A stretch of 64,000 nt of DNA from Candidatus Hydrothermarchaeum profundi. GTDB lineage: Archaea > Hydrothermarchaeota > Hydrothermarchaeia > Hydrothermarchaeales > Hydrothermarchaeaceae. The notes below the pieces were generated by a model that saw nothing but the letters and a program-made list of their open reading frames with translations, searched no databases and was not told the origin of the DNA. Below, piece by piece: positions 1-9,466 of the stretch; position 1 is the first letter of the stretch; each line of letters begins with the position of its first letter. Location of the stretch: assembly GCA_002011125.2 (NCBI GenBank), contig MTMF02000009.1:1128989-1192988 (forward strand), written 5' to 3'. The position numbers and the translations under genes were made by a program.

Positions 1-218
1 CTACGAACCAAGACGAGTTGGAGAAAAAAATAAAGAGGCTAGAGATAGAAAGAAAGAGTGTTTTAAATCTGTTGGAAAATCTTTCTAATGAACCTAATGA
101 GGCGAAAAAGAAAGTGCTGGAGAAAACATATAAAGATAAGCTTGAGCAAATTTCTAATAATATAATGAGTCTAAAAAAAGAATTAGCATCTTCTGAGGCG
201 ACGGGAGATGAGGTTTAA
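1..218 (+). CDS. C-terminal part of a hypothetical coiled-coil protein (5' end outside the window)
   Basis: The frame is open from the window start (ACG AAC CAA GAC GAG TTG...). The K/E-rich helical sequence overlaps the start of the next gene. Confidence 0.65.
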   Translation, partial: TNQDELEKKIKRLEIERKSVLNLLENLSNEPNEAKKKVLEKTYKDKLEQISNNIMSLKKELASSEATGDEV

Positions 219-2400
219 GGAAAAAATAAGCTCATTATTCGAGGCTATTTTTCATAGGAAAAAAGATGAACAGCCTATAATGGAAGAAGTTGAAGAAGAA
301 AATAATGAAACGGAGAATGAAGACCCTGAGAATCAACTTATAATAGAAGAAGCAGCGCCTGAATATGTGCTATTAAGCGCATTTGCAAAAGAAAAGCCTG
401 AGATAGGATTCTCATATGCGCTGAATAAAATCGAAGAGCTCAAGAGGCAGATTAATTATCTTAGTAATGAAGTACAACTTCTCCAAATGAAAAACAATTC
501 TCTAGCAGAAACGAATCTTCTACTAGAGAAAGATCTAGAAAAAATCGCTGTGTTTACAGCCCAGTTAGAGGAAGTAAAGGAGGACCTCAGGGAAAAAGAA
601 AGCCTAATAATGCTCAAGGAGTCGGAGATCCAAGAGCTAAATAAAACAATAGAGATTCTCAATAGCGAGATTAATCAACTTAATAAAGACCTAGAGGAAA
701 AGGACGAGGAAATTAAAAGACATCTAGAAACTATTCAACGCCTAGAAGATGAATCTAAGATAGCCAATCTTGAGAGGGAGATAAGAGACCTTAAGGTAAA
801 ATTATCAGAACAGGAAGATATGCTCGCTGTAAAGACCTCTGAGGCAGAGCAATACATGCAGATGGCGGCTTCTCAAGATGCGGAGCTTAATTCTTTAAAG
901 GCTACTTGGTGGGAATTGAATAAGGAAGTTAAGAGTCTTAGAGCCGAGCTAGAAGAAAGAACTGCATTACTGGCTTCTAAGGAAGCCATGGTAAAAGAAC
1001 TGGTGAAGAAGTCCGCAACTATCAGAGCCGAAAACGACCGACTCAAGAAGGAACTAACAGAGAAAAACAGAATCCTTGAAGACTATAAAGATATGGAGGC
1101 GCGGGTTAAAGAACTTACTAAACAGAGAGACAAAGCAGAGTTACTACTAAGAGAGGCTAAGAAGAAAATTAGACAACTAGAAGATGATTCTAAAGTTGCT
1201 GGCTTGGAAGCTGAACTAAGAGTTCTGAGGCCGTTAGCAGAAGAAGTAAAAGTTCTCAGAAGAACTGTCGAAGAGCAGAGAGCTGCTTTAGAAAAAGCTA
1301 CAGCTGAAGCCGAAGAGTACAAAACCATTGCAGCTTCTCAAGATTCTGAGTTAGGTTCCCTAAAAAATACTTGGTGGGAATTAAATCAGCAAATAAAAGC
1401 ATTGAAAGCGCAACTCGGGGAAAAAGACGAGATCATATCGTCTAAGGATAACACAATAGCAGAGCTTACCGGTAAAACTGCCGCTTTGGGTACGCAAGTC
1501 GAGAAGCTAAGGAGGGAGTTGGAAGATAGAGAGAGAAAGATCGAGTCATACGAGAGCAGATTATCAGAACTTGAGGAAGCGAGACGTAAAATTACTGAAG
1601 AGTTTGAGAAGCAGAAAAGAACATTGTCAGAGCAAACAGCCTTGGTAGAGGAACTAAAGAAAGAACTTGAGGATAGAGAAAGGAAGATAGATTCTTATGA
1701 AAGAAGGATCACAGAACTCGAAGAGGCAAAGCGTAAACTAGTAGAAGATTTTGAGAATCAGAAAAAGATACTCGCTGAAAGATTGTCAGAAGCTGAGCAA
1801 TTTAAGATGATGGCGGCAGCCCAAGATGAAGAACTTACGACGTTGAAGAATACTTGGTTTGAACAGAATCAGCAAATAAAGAGGCTTAAAAAAGAGCTGG
1901 AAGAAAAAACAAGTATTTTAGAATCTAAAGACTCCCTTATACGTGAGTTAACTAAGACTGGTGCTGCATTAAATGCTAAGATCCAACAGCTTGAAAAGGA
2001 GTTAGCAAAGAAAGATAAAGAAATATCTGAAAAGGAGAAAGAGATTCTTTTATCTAAAACAAGGGAAGCTCAGGTTTCTATTCCCGCTTCTAAGGATGCG
2101 GAGAAATTGGCTGAATATGAGAAAAAACTTTCTGAACTTGAGACTATGATAAAGTTATTAACTCAACAAAAAACTTCTATAGAGTCCGCTCAGACAGTAG
2201 TTCCTATGGGACCAGTAGAACCTGGGGCTGGAGTGTCTCATAAAATTGCGAAAGAGCTGAAGCTTTTACAAATACAAGAGAAGTCTCTCTTACGCTCTTA
2301 CGAAAATATCAAAGATAAAAACAGTCCGAAAGCTAAAATATACAAATCTAAGATTGATCAGATCCAACAGCGCATTAGAGAACTCAAAGAACATGTTTGA
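208..2400 (+). CDS. Long coiled-coil protein with internal repeats, translationally coupled to cheR
   Basis: 730 aa with an E/K/L heptad pattern and three AA[SA]QDxELxxLKxTW[WF]E repeats. No Walker motifs, so not an SMC ATPase. Confidence 0.8.
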   Translation: MRFKEKISSLFEAIFHRKKDEQPIMEEVEEENNETENEDPENQLIIEEAAPEYVLLSAFAKEKPEIGFSYALNKIEELKRQINYLSNEVQLLQMKNNSLAETNLLLEKDLEKIAVFTAQLEEVKEDLREKESLIMLKESEIQELNKTIEILNSEINQLNKDLEEKDEEIKRHLETIQRLEDESKIANLEREIRDLKVKLSEQEDMLAVKTSEAEQYMQMAASQDAELNSLKATWWELNKEVKSLRAELEERTALLASKEAMVKELVKKSATIRAENDRLKKELTEKNRILEDYKDMEARVKELTKQRDKAELLLREAKKKIRQLEDDSKVAGLEAELRVLRPLAEEVKVLRRTVEEQRAALEKATAEAEEYKTIAASQDSELGSLKNTWWELNQQIKALKAQLGEKDEIISSKDNTIAELTGKTAALGTQVEKLRRELEDRERKIESYESRLSELEEARRKITEEFEKQKRTLSEQTALVEELKKELEDRERKIDSYERRITELEEAKRKLVEDFENQKKILAERLSEAEQFKMMAAAQDEELTTLKNTWFEQNQQIKRLKKELEEKTSILESKDSLIRELTKTGAALNAKIQQLEKELAKKDKEISEKEKEILLSKTREAQVSIPASKDAEKLAEYEKKLSELETMIKLLTQQKTSIESAQTVVPMGPVEPGAGVSHKIAKELKLLQIQEKSLLRSYENIKDKNSPKAKIYKSKIDQIQQRIRELKEHV

Positions 2401-3208
2401 TGACGATTTTTTCTTTGAAAAACTAAAGAAAAGAGTAAAAGAAAGTATCGATTTTCAAACTCAGTTTTACGGTGATAAACATCTCAAGCGGAGATTTCAA
2501 ATTAGAATGAGAGCCCTAGGCATTAAAACTTACAGAGAATACGAGCAATTACTTACTAATAACCCTGAAGAATATGATAAGCTGATAAGAGTACTAACCG
2601 TTAACGTTACTGAATGGTTTAGAAATCCAGAGGTATTTGAGGCTATTAAGAAAAAAGTCTTTCCGAGTCTATTTGAAGAAATGGAAAGAAATAATAGGAA
2701 ATACCTCCGGATATGGAGTATAGGATGCGCTGATGGCAAGGAACCATATTCTGTTGCAATCCTATTACATGAATTTCTGGGAGAGAAAATAAAGAATTTT
2801 GCTATCGTAATATTTGCCTCTGATATTGATAGAGAGGTATTAGAGAGAGCAAGAATAGGAAGATATCATGAAAGCGAAATGAGAGGCTTAAACTCGGAGC
2901 AGATTAAAAAATATTTTATCAAGGAAGATGGGACCTACACTATTATTCCCTCTATGAAAAATTTAGTAAAATTTGAGAAAAGAGATCTACTTAAGGATAG
3001 GCATCATGTTGGATTAGATTTAATTCTATGTAGAAACGTTGTAATTTATTTTACAAGAGAGCTGAAGAAGCGATTATATAAGGAGTTGTATAACTCCCTT
3101 AGAAAGGGAGGATATTTTATTTCAGGTAAAACCGAGTCTATAATGGGGGAGGCGAGAGGACTATTTTCTCCAGTTGATTTGGAAAACCGGATTTATAAGA
3201 AGGTCTAA
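2393..3208 (+). CDS. cheR: Chemotaxis protein methyltransferase CheR
   Basis: Motifs LTVNVTEWFRNP, RIWSIGCADGKEPYS, ASDID and DLILCRNVVIYF. ATG 2393 overlaps the upstream stop and is preferred over the called TTG 2354. Confidence 0.93.
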   Translation: MFDDDFFFEKLKKRVKESIDFQTQFYGDKHLKRRFQIRMRALGIKTYREYEQLLTNNPEEYDKLIRVLTVNVTEWFRNPEVFEAIKKKVFPSLFEEMERNNRKYLRIWSIGCADGKEPYSVAILLHEFLGEKIKNFAIVIFASDIDREVLERARIGRYHESEMRGLNSEQIKKYFIKEDGTYTIIPSMKNLVKFEKRDLLKDRHHVGLDLILCRNVVIYFTRELKKRLYKELYNSLRKGGYFISGKTESIMGEARGLFSPVDLENRIYKKV

Positions 3209-3246
3209 TAATAATTTTTATATTCCTTTCACCGAGTTTAAATATT

Positions 3247-3924
3247 ATGAAAGCGATTTCTCTTCTTAGTAGTGGCATAGACTCTCTGGTTGCTTTAAGA
3301 TTATCTATAGAGGAATTAGAAGTTCCTCTAGCATTAACATTCGATTATGGTCAGGTATCTAGAAAAAGAGAAGTAGAGTACTCATCAAAAATATGTGAAA
3401 TTTTAGGTTTGGATCATAAAGTAATTCGGATATCTTGGTTGAAGGAGATTACTAGGAGTGGACTTATAAAAGGGGACATACCTGAAGTGAAAGAAAGAGA
3501 TTTAGATTCTAAACTGGCGAAAGAAACTGCAAAACAGGTATGGGTTCCCAATCGGAATGGTTTATTTATAAATATCGGGGCATGCTTTGCGGAGGCTATG
3601 GGAGCGAAATATATAATTACTGGATTCGATGCAGAAGAAGCTGCAACTTTTCCTGATAATTCCATGGAGTTTGTAGAGGCAGTAAATAATTCTCTATCCT
3701 ACTCTACTTTAACAAAAGTAGAAGTTTTTGCCCCATTAGTAAAAATGAGTAAAACCGATATTGTGCTAGCAGGCATGAAATACGAAGCACCCTTAGAATG
3801 GAGCTGGAGCTGTTACTTTGGTGGGGAAAAACCATGTCTTAAGTGTGAAAGTTGTGTCAGGAGATCGAGGGCTTTTAATAATGCGGGAATAAAGGACCCC
3901 TTGTTAGAGAGGCTAGGAATATGA
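3247..3924 (+). CDS. queC: 7-cyano-7-deazaguanine synthase
   Basis: LSSGIDS PP-loop, FDYGQ, WVPNRN, SWSCY...PCLKCESC zinc motif. Confidence 0.95.
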   Translation: MKAISLLSSGIDSLVALRLSIEELEVPLALTFDYGQVSRKREVEYSSKICEILGLDHKVIRISWLKEITRSGLIKGDIPEVKERDLDSKLAKETAKQVWVPNRNGLFINIGACFAEAMGAKYIITGFDAEEAATFPDNSMEFVEAVNNSLSYSTLTKVEVFAPLVKMSKTDIVLAGMKYEAPLEWSWSCYFGGEKPCLKCESCVRRSRAFNNAGIKDPLLERLGI

Positions 3925-4472
3925 AGTGGGTCATCGTTGAAAAAATGGAGTATAATGGGAGGCAAATATTGCCTTATTGGGCTGAGAGGTATCTAGGTAT
4001 CTCAGGTGATTGTATAGTGGCGTTTAGAGGAAAATGCGATGTTGCACCAAAATACATGGTGGATATCGAGGATAAAGAAAAAGGTGAGAAAATATATTCT
4101 CCAGATATGCTTCATTTTATTGTAGAGCATTTTGATTCTTCTTCAATCGAACTAGCCTACGCTAGGCAGAGGATTTTAGTATTCATTGCTCAAGAAAAAC
4201 TCGGCGACTTAGGCTACATATGTTCTAGAGATGGTGGGGATCTCTTTTATAATGGTAAGAAGCTTTCGGTATCTATTGCCAGTGTTTCTAGAAATTCTCA
4301 AAAAATTCATTTTGGGATTAATGTTGAGAGCGATGAGTATATGAGTTTGAGTAAAATGGGAATCAAAAATCCTGAAAAAATTATGCGAGAAATATGTGTT
4401 GGGTACTGCAGTGAAATAGAGGATATCACTAAGGATATACATAAGACAAAGCCTCTGGAGGAATTAAAATGA
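3921..4472 (+). CDS. DUF366 family protein (lipoate/biotin ligase-like fold)
   Basis: IVAFRGKCDV, MLHFIVEHFD, RDGGDLF..GKKLSVSIA, HFGINV. Lies inside the que operon. Confidence 0.8.
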   Translation: MKWVIVEKMEYNGRQILPYWAERYLGISGDCIVAFRGKCDVAPKYMVDIEDKEKGEKIYSPDMLHFIVEHFDSSSIELAYARQRILVFIAQEKLGDLGYICSRDGGDLFYNGKKLSVSIASVSRNSQKIHFGINVESDEYMSLSKMGIKNPEKIMREICVGYCSEIEDITKDIHKTKPLEELK

Positions 4473-5191
4473 AAGCTCCTATTAGAGAGATATTTTGTTC
4501 AGCGCAAGGCGAGGGGCCATATATAGGAGTTAGACAAGTGTTTGTACGTTTTGAAGGTTGTAATCTTAGCTGTATATACTGTGATACACCGCAAGATAAA
4601 AAATCAGAATATTGTAGAGTGGAATCCGTGCCAGGTTCATTTGAATTCACTAATTTAAGGAACCCCTTGTCCCCAGAAGAGGTTTCAGCGACCATGAAGA
4701 GATATGCGAATGTTCACTCTATTTCATTAACTGGAGGAGAACCTTTAATATACGCAGAATTTATAAGGGAGCTTAATATTGGGGTGCCTCTCTACCTAGA
4801 GAGTAATATGTCTTTACCCGAAAAGGCCGCAAAAATAAAAGATATGGTAGACTATGTAGCAGGAGACTTTAAATTAGCTCAAGCACACAGCTCTGATCAT
4901 TATGATAGATATCTCGAGAATATGGTTGAATGTTTTAGGATTTTAGCGAAAAATAATAAGAGAGACTGTTTTTGTAAGATAGTTCTTATTGAAAATTTTG
5001 ATAAAGAGGAGATAATAAATGGGGTGTCTCTTATAGAGGACTATGTATCCGTAGTTGTTCTGCAACCTGTAACCCCCATAGGCGGGTTAAAAGCACCTTC
5101 ACCTAAGGAGGTATTGGGACTGCAAGAAGAGCTTTCCTATCTAGATGTTAGAATTATACCTCAGAGTCATGTAATTTGGGGTGCTTTATAA
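4469..5191 (+). CDS. queE: 7-carboxy-7-deazaguanine synthase (radical SAM)
   Basis: EIFCSAQGEGPYIG..QVFVRFEGCNLSCIYCDT, SLTGGEPL, RIIPQSH. Confidence 0.92.
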   Translation: MKAPIREIFCSAQGEGPYIGVRQVFVRFEGCNLSCIYCDTPQDKKSEYCRVESVPGSFEFTNLRNPLSPEEVSATMKRYANVHSISLTGGEPLIYAEFIRELNIGVPLYLESNMSLPEKAAKIKDMVDYVAGDFKLAQAHSSDHYDRYLENMVECFRILAKNNKRDCFCKIVLIENFDKEEIINGVSLIEDYVSVVVLQPVTPIGGLKAPSPKEVLGLQEELSYLDVRIIPQSHVIWGAL

Positions 5192-5520
5192 TGAAATTGG
5201 GAATAATTGAATATATCGATGCAGCTCATTGTCTGCCGCAACACAAAACGTGTGAGCCTATGCACGGGCATACCTATCGTATCGAAGTCGTTATAGAAGG
5301 CGAGAAGGGGAAGGATGGCATGGTTATGGATTTCGGTGAATTAAGGAAAGTAGTCAAGAAAATATTGAAGGAGTATGACCACAGGGTACTTAATGATCTG
5401 ATGGAAAAGCCCACATGTGAGAATTTATGCGAAGCTATCTATTCCAAGCTAGAAAAAGAAATAAAGTTTCCATTTACATTAAGAGTTTGGGAAGGAAGAG
5501 GTAAATGGGTTGAAAAATAG
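5191..5520 (+). CDS. queD: 6-carboxy-5,6,7,8-tetrahydropterin synthase
   Basis: DAAHCL..C...HGHTY, MVMDF, DHRVLN, PTCENL, VWE. ATG 5191 overlaps the queE stop. Confidence 0.92.
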   Translation: MKLGIIEYIDAAHCLPQHKTCEPMHGHTYRIEVVIEGEKGKDGMVMDFGELRKVVKKILKEYDHRVLNDLMEKPTCENLCEAIYSKLEKEIKFPFTLRVWEGRGKWVEK

Positions 5521-5530
5521 GATTGTCAAG

Positions 5531-6151
5531 TTAAATAAGGCCGCAAAATCGGTATATATCACCTATTTTATCGGAGTATTTAAGAAATAGTGAATTAAAT
5601 CTCCCGTATTTTCTCAATTCATATTTATCTAATAATTCTTCGACTTTTATGTCTAATTTCACATTATAATTGAAAAAAAATCCAAGACCATTTCTAAATC
5701 CTTTTTTATCAATAGGATTTTCAAGTAGTTCCTTGCGATGCAGATATATATGTCCTAGTTCATGGGGGAGGCTCTTCTTATTACTAAAAACTATGAAATC
5801 ATGATTTTTATAATTTTTAATTACTTTATTTAGTGTCCCATACTTCCAAGTAAAGAATAAAATAAAACCTACTATAAGTAAAAATGATGCTATAACTATC
5901 CTATTTAGTGTAAAAGGATAGAGCGCCCATAACAAAATTGGAGCCTCTACACTTATGTAGCCCCAATATTCACCTAAAATAAACGTAAAATTAGGAATAT
6001 TTTCCATTGATTTTACTGATCCCACGAAGCCACTAAAACGCTTATTTTCTATTTTTATTTTATATTTTTTTAGTTCTTTAAACTCCTCAATGTTATTTAG
6101 GATATTATAGAAATGATCCTCTAAAGTATATCCTCCTCTCCAATTTTCCAT
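5531..6151 (-). CDS. Hypothetical membrane protein with HExxH motif
   Basis: 206 aa, two central hydrophobic segments, LPHELGH. Very AT-rich. Confidence 0.6.
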   Translation of the reverse strand: MENWRGGYTLEDHFYNILNNIEEFKELKKYKIKIENKRFSGFVGSVKSMENIPNFTFILGEYWGYISVEAPILLWALYPFTLNRIVIASFLLIVGFILFFTWKYGTLNKVIKNYKNHDFIVFSNKKSLPHELGHIYLHRKELLENPIDKKGFRNGLGFFFNYNVKLDIKVEELLDKYELRKYGRFNSLFLKYSDKIGDIYRFCGLI

Positions 6152-6290
6152 AAGGATATAACATATTTTACTTTACTAAGAGGATTGTTTAAAAAACGTA
6201 GAAAATAAATAGAAAACAAGTTAATTTTTTAGCTAAGATTTTCTCCGGTATTCACTATCTACTTTAAATTTTCATTGTAAAAGTCAGGCT

Positions 6291-6974
6291 ATGAGATATT
6301 CCATAAAAATTAAAGATATGCCGGTTGATGAAAGACCTAGAGAACGATTAATGAAATACGGGCCGGACGTTTTAAGTAACGCAGAGCTTCTTGCTATAAT
6401 TCTTAGGACCGGTACCTCGAAGGAAAGTGTTTTAACTCTTTCTCAAAGATTACTCAGGTACTACAACCTCCGCCGTTTATCACAATTAAGCACTTCAATT
6501 TTAAAGTCAATATATGGTATTAGCGATGCTAAGGCATGTCAGGTCGTTGCATGTTTTGAAATTGCAAGAAGGCTTGCAAGTTTTACAGAAAGTCCACATC
6601 CCCAAATTAGATCTTCAAGAGACGTTTATAATTTAATTTCCCCAAGGTTGAAAGATATGAAAAAAGAGGCTTTTGTCGCATTATATCTCGACACCAAGAA
6701 CCATCTCATTAAAGAGGAAACTATATCGATTGGAAGTTTAAATGCAAGCATCGTCCACCCTAGAGAAGTCTTTAAATCAGCGGTTATAGAATCAGCGGCA
6801 TCTGTGATAATTATACACAACCATCCTTCGGGAGACCCAACTCCTAGTAAAGATGATGTTGAATTAACAAAGGAGATGGTAATAGCAGGGAAAATAATGG
6901 GTATAGAGGTACTTGATCATATTATTATAGGAGATTCTAGTTTTATAAGCCTTAAAGAAAAAGAATTTATCTGA
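6291..6974 (+). CDS. radC: RadC/UPF0758 family JAB-domain protein
   Basis: ERPRERL, LSNAELLAIIL, VHPREVF, HNHPSGDPTPSKDD, LDHIIIG. Confidence 0.93.
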   Translation: MRYSIKIKDMPVDERPRERLMKYGPDVLSNAELLAIILRTGTSKESVLTLSQRLLRYYNLRRLSQLSTSILKSIYGISDAKACQVVACFEIARRLASFTESPHPQIRSSRDVYNLISPRLKDMKKEAFVALYLDTKNHLIKEETISIGSLNASIVHPREVFKSAVIESAASVIIIHNHPSGDPTPSKDDVELTKEMVIAGKIMGIEVLDHIIIGDSSFISLKEKEFI

Positions 6975-7183
6975 TTTTGTAATCTACAATTTATAAAAAG
7001 ATAGGCAGCTAACTTTCTATCACCTAGAGTAAAGAACCTCTGTAAGGATTTTAAAGAAAATAGAACACTTGGCATTATAGTATATCTACTAATAAACATC
7101 AAGAAGAATAGGACAATCTAATAAAGTCTGCTGGGAGTTGGTGGAGGTTCGAATCTCAACCTTTAAAAGAAGTATAGAGCAGT

Positions 7184-9082
7184 TTAGGTATTTTTTATCT
7201 GAAATAATTTTCCGTTCTTTTCTTTAATAACTACTTTAAACAAATTTCTAAATTCCTTAACTATGTGCTCCTCGTTTTCAGCTATATTCAGAAGGCATAT
7301 CAATGAAAGACCTTCTTCTATAAAGTATTTGTAAGCTTCTGAAATAAACTTAAAAACGGAATCAAAGCTTAGATTCATTATTAAACTAGATATATTTTCA
7401 AAAATAAGAGTGCTGCCAGCGGGCATTTCTTCAAATATGGTTTTAAGGTACTCTAGATCTGTAATTGGAATTCGCACTATTTCCTTATCACCTTGCGAAT
7501 CAGACAAGGTGAGGACTATTAGTTTAACTCTATCACCAAATCTGGCTTTATATTCATTTATTCTATCCTGAGATGAAATAATATAGACATCCCTGCTGTC
7601 CAAGAGATGTTTTTGAATAGTCTCTATCATTATTTTTCTAATCTTCTTAGGTTCTTCATATTCGATTAGAAAAGACTCGCCAATAAGGGCATCAATTTCA
7701 ATTTCTTCATGAGAACTCTCAGCTAAAGCACTGGTATCGGCATTAACAGGCAAACTCGCTTTACTTTCTTTTTCAAGGTTCACAGCCACTACGTTCTCTT
7801 CGATTAAGTTAATTTTTCTTTGCCATCTTTCGTATCCTGAAGCTTCGACGATTATATCATATTCGTTAATTTCTAGTTTTTCAAAATACGCTACTCCAAG
7901 GTTATCTGATGACTTCACCGCTATGACCTGGCTGTCAGTAATGCTCTTGACTGTGACGTTAGCATTGGGAACAGGGGTTGCTTTCGATTTATCGGATATG
8001 ACAATACTCAAGTCTGAATACGGTTTGCTGAGGGTAAACACCTCACCCGAGTCCATGCTTATAAAACGCTCATATTCTTCTGGATCAAAGCCCTCAGCAT
8101 TTATTAAAACTTTATAGTGCCCCCCCTCTACGCCGGAATAATCAGCTCTGCCTTGGTTATCAGTATATTTAGTTATACTTTCTCCTGTCTCTAGATTATG
8201 TAAAGTTACTTCAGCGTTAGCAACAGGCTCAGATTTCCCGTTAGTTACAACCGCTGTAAAATGATATCCCGGTGGCTGATAATGTTCTTCTCGATAGGTT
8301 TCCTCCTCGACGTATTCATTGTGAGAAGAAACCTCTTTTTTAAACTTTATAGAAGATACTTTTCTCACGGAAATTATGTTGCGGTATAAAAATGAAAAAA
8401 ATCCTCGTAAATAAGAAAACGTAGAGGAGATAGCATTTATTAAAATCTTAAAGTTGCTTTTAATAATTGAGATATAAATTATGCCAATTAAAAGTAAAAC
8501 TCCAATAAAATAAGCTACTTCGAAGCGTTTTAAATAATAGCCTACTCCTAAGCAAATAGAGAAGAAAACGAGTCTATCCGATCTAGCTTCAATAAACTGT
8601 GAACTCTTCCTCTTCCAGGACAAGAAATCCATTACAAATATGCCGGCAGACAAAATAGCTCCGGTATAGATAAAGTACTCTCGTGTAATATTGAAAAGCA
8701 ATAAGCTCTCATAACTATACTTAAAAGCCACATATAATGTGCCCCAGAATAGTAGGAGGTCTGTATATCGATCTAGTACTATAGCGTGTCTACCATTCTT
8801 TTTGATATTTAAGAATTCTTGGAATATCTCAAAAATTAATGCGCTGAGTACCATACCTCCGATTGTTGCTGCTTCGAACCACCGGGGATTTAAATTTGTA
8901 GTAGCGAAAGCCAGATAAAATGATATGAGAGTTAAAAGAGCTGTCAAGTAAGATATGGCGATAATAGAACTTGGGGCTACCTTATATCTACTAATTACCA
9001 TAGCTATGAAATGTGCCGGTGGGGTCAAGATTTTTCGAAACATTGGATTTACCCGAGCTAAAATTTTAGTTTTTATATACAC
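7184..9082 (-). CDS. Membrane protein: degenerate CDP-alcohol phosphotransferase-like TM domain, two carboxypeptidase-regulatory-like beta domains, C-terminal DUF835-like domain
   Basis: About 6 TM segments with LDRYTD; repeats PVANAEVTL..TDNQG..YKVLINAEGF and PVPNANVTV..SDNLG..YDIIVEASGY; C-terminal LIFENISSLIM. Start may be ATG 9043. Confidence 0.7.
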   Translation of the reverse strand: MYIKTKILARVNPMFRKILTPPAHFIAMVISRYKVAPSSIIAISYLTALLTLISFYLAFATTNLNPRWFEAATIGGMVLSALIFEIFQEFLNIKKNGRHAIVLDRYTDLLLFWGTLYVAFKYSYESLLLFNITREYFIYTGAILSAGIFVMDFLSWKRKSSQFIEARSDRLVFFSICLGVGYYLKRFEVAYFIGVLLLIGIIYISIIKSNFKILINAISSTFSYLRGFFSFLYRNIISVRKVSSIKFKKEVSSHNEYVEEETYREEHYQPPGYHFTAVVTNGKSEPVANAEVTLHNLETGESITKYTDNQGRADYSGVEGGHYKVLINAEGFDPEEYERFISMDSGEVFTLSKPYSDLSIVISDKSKATPVPNANVTVKSITDSQVIAVKSSDNLGVAYFEKLEINEYDIIVEASGYERWQRKINLIEENVVAVNLEKESKASLPVNADTSALAESSHEEIEIDALIGESFLIEYEEPKKIRKIMIETIQKHLLDSRDVYIISSQDRINEYKARFGDRVKLIVLTLSDSQGDKEIVRIPITDLEYLKTIFEEMPAGSTLIFENISSLIMNLSFDSVFKFISEAYKYFIEEGLSLICLLNIAENEEHIVKEFRNLFKVVIKEKNGKLFQIKNT

Positions 9083-9466
9083 TAATAAATATCATTCGGA
9101 TAGATTTTTCTATGGATACTCTAAATAAATACAAAAAGGACCTTTGTTTTTCCTTTAAAATAACTTTGTAAATTCTCCTCTCCTTAGTCTCCATGATATT
9201 AGTTTAAACGGCTATCAAATTAAATCATAGGAGAGGCCCCTAATTAACCTCTTTCGACTTGGAAGCCAAGATCTTTTTGGACTTAATAATATAAATTATT
9301 TTTGATTTCCTGATTATATCTTCTTTAATAAAGGTAATACCAAGATGCCTATCAGTGAAGAATTTTTTTTTGTTTAAAAATAAGGAGATTATTTGTTTTT
9401 TATTGATAATTTTGGCCATGAAGAGTAAAGCTAAACTTTAAAATATATACGAGTTAATAAAAAAAC

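Noticed and set aside
208-2400. SMC/Rad50 or MCP assignment for the long coiled coil
   Set aside because: No Walker A/B, hinge or zinc-hook motif, and no MCP signalling-hairpin motif.
7131-7165. Complete tRNA gene around GGTTCGAATC
   Set aside because: No acceptor stem, D-arm or anticodon arm can be folded.
9112-9195. Short minus-strand ORF (METKERRIYKV...) upstream of the 632-aa gene
   Set aside because: About 27 codons in AT-rich intergenic DNA with no motif, and it ends in a stop before the 632-aa gene begins.
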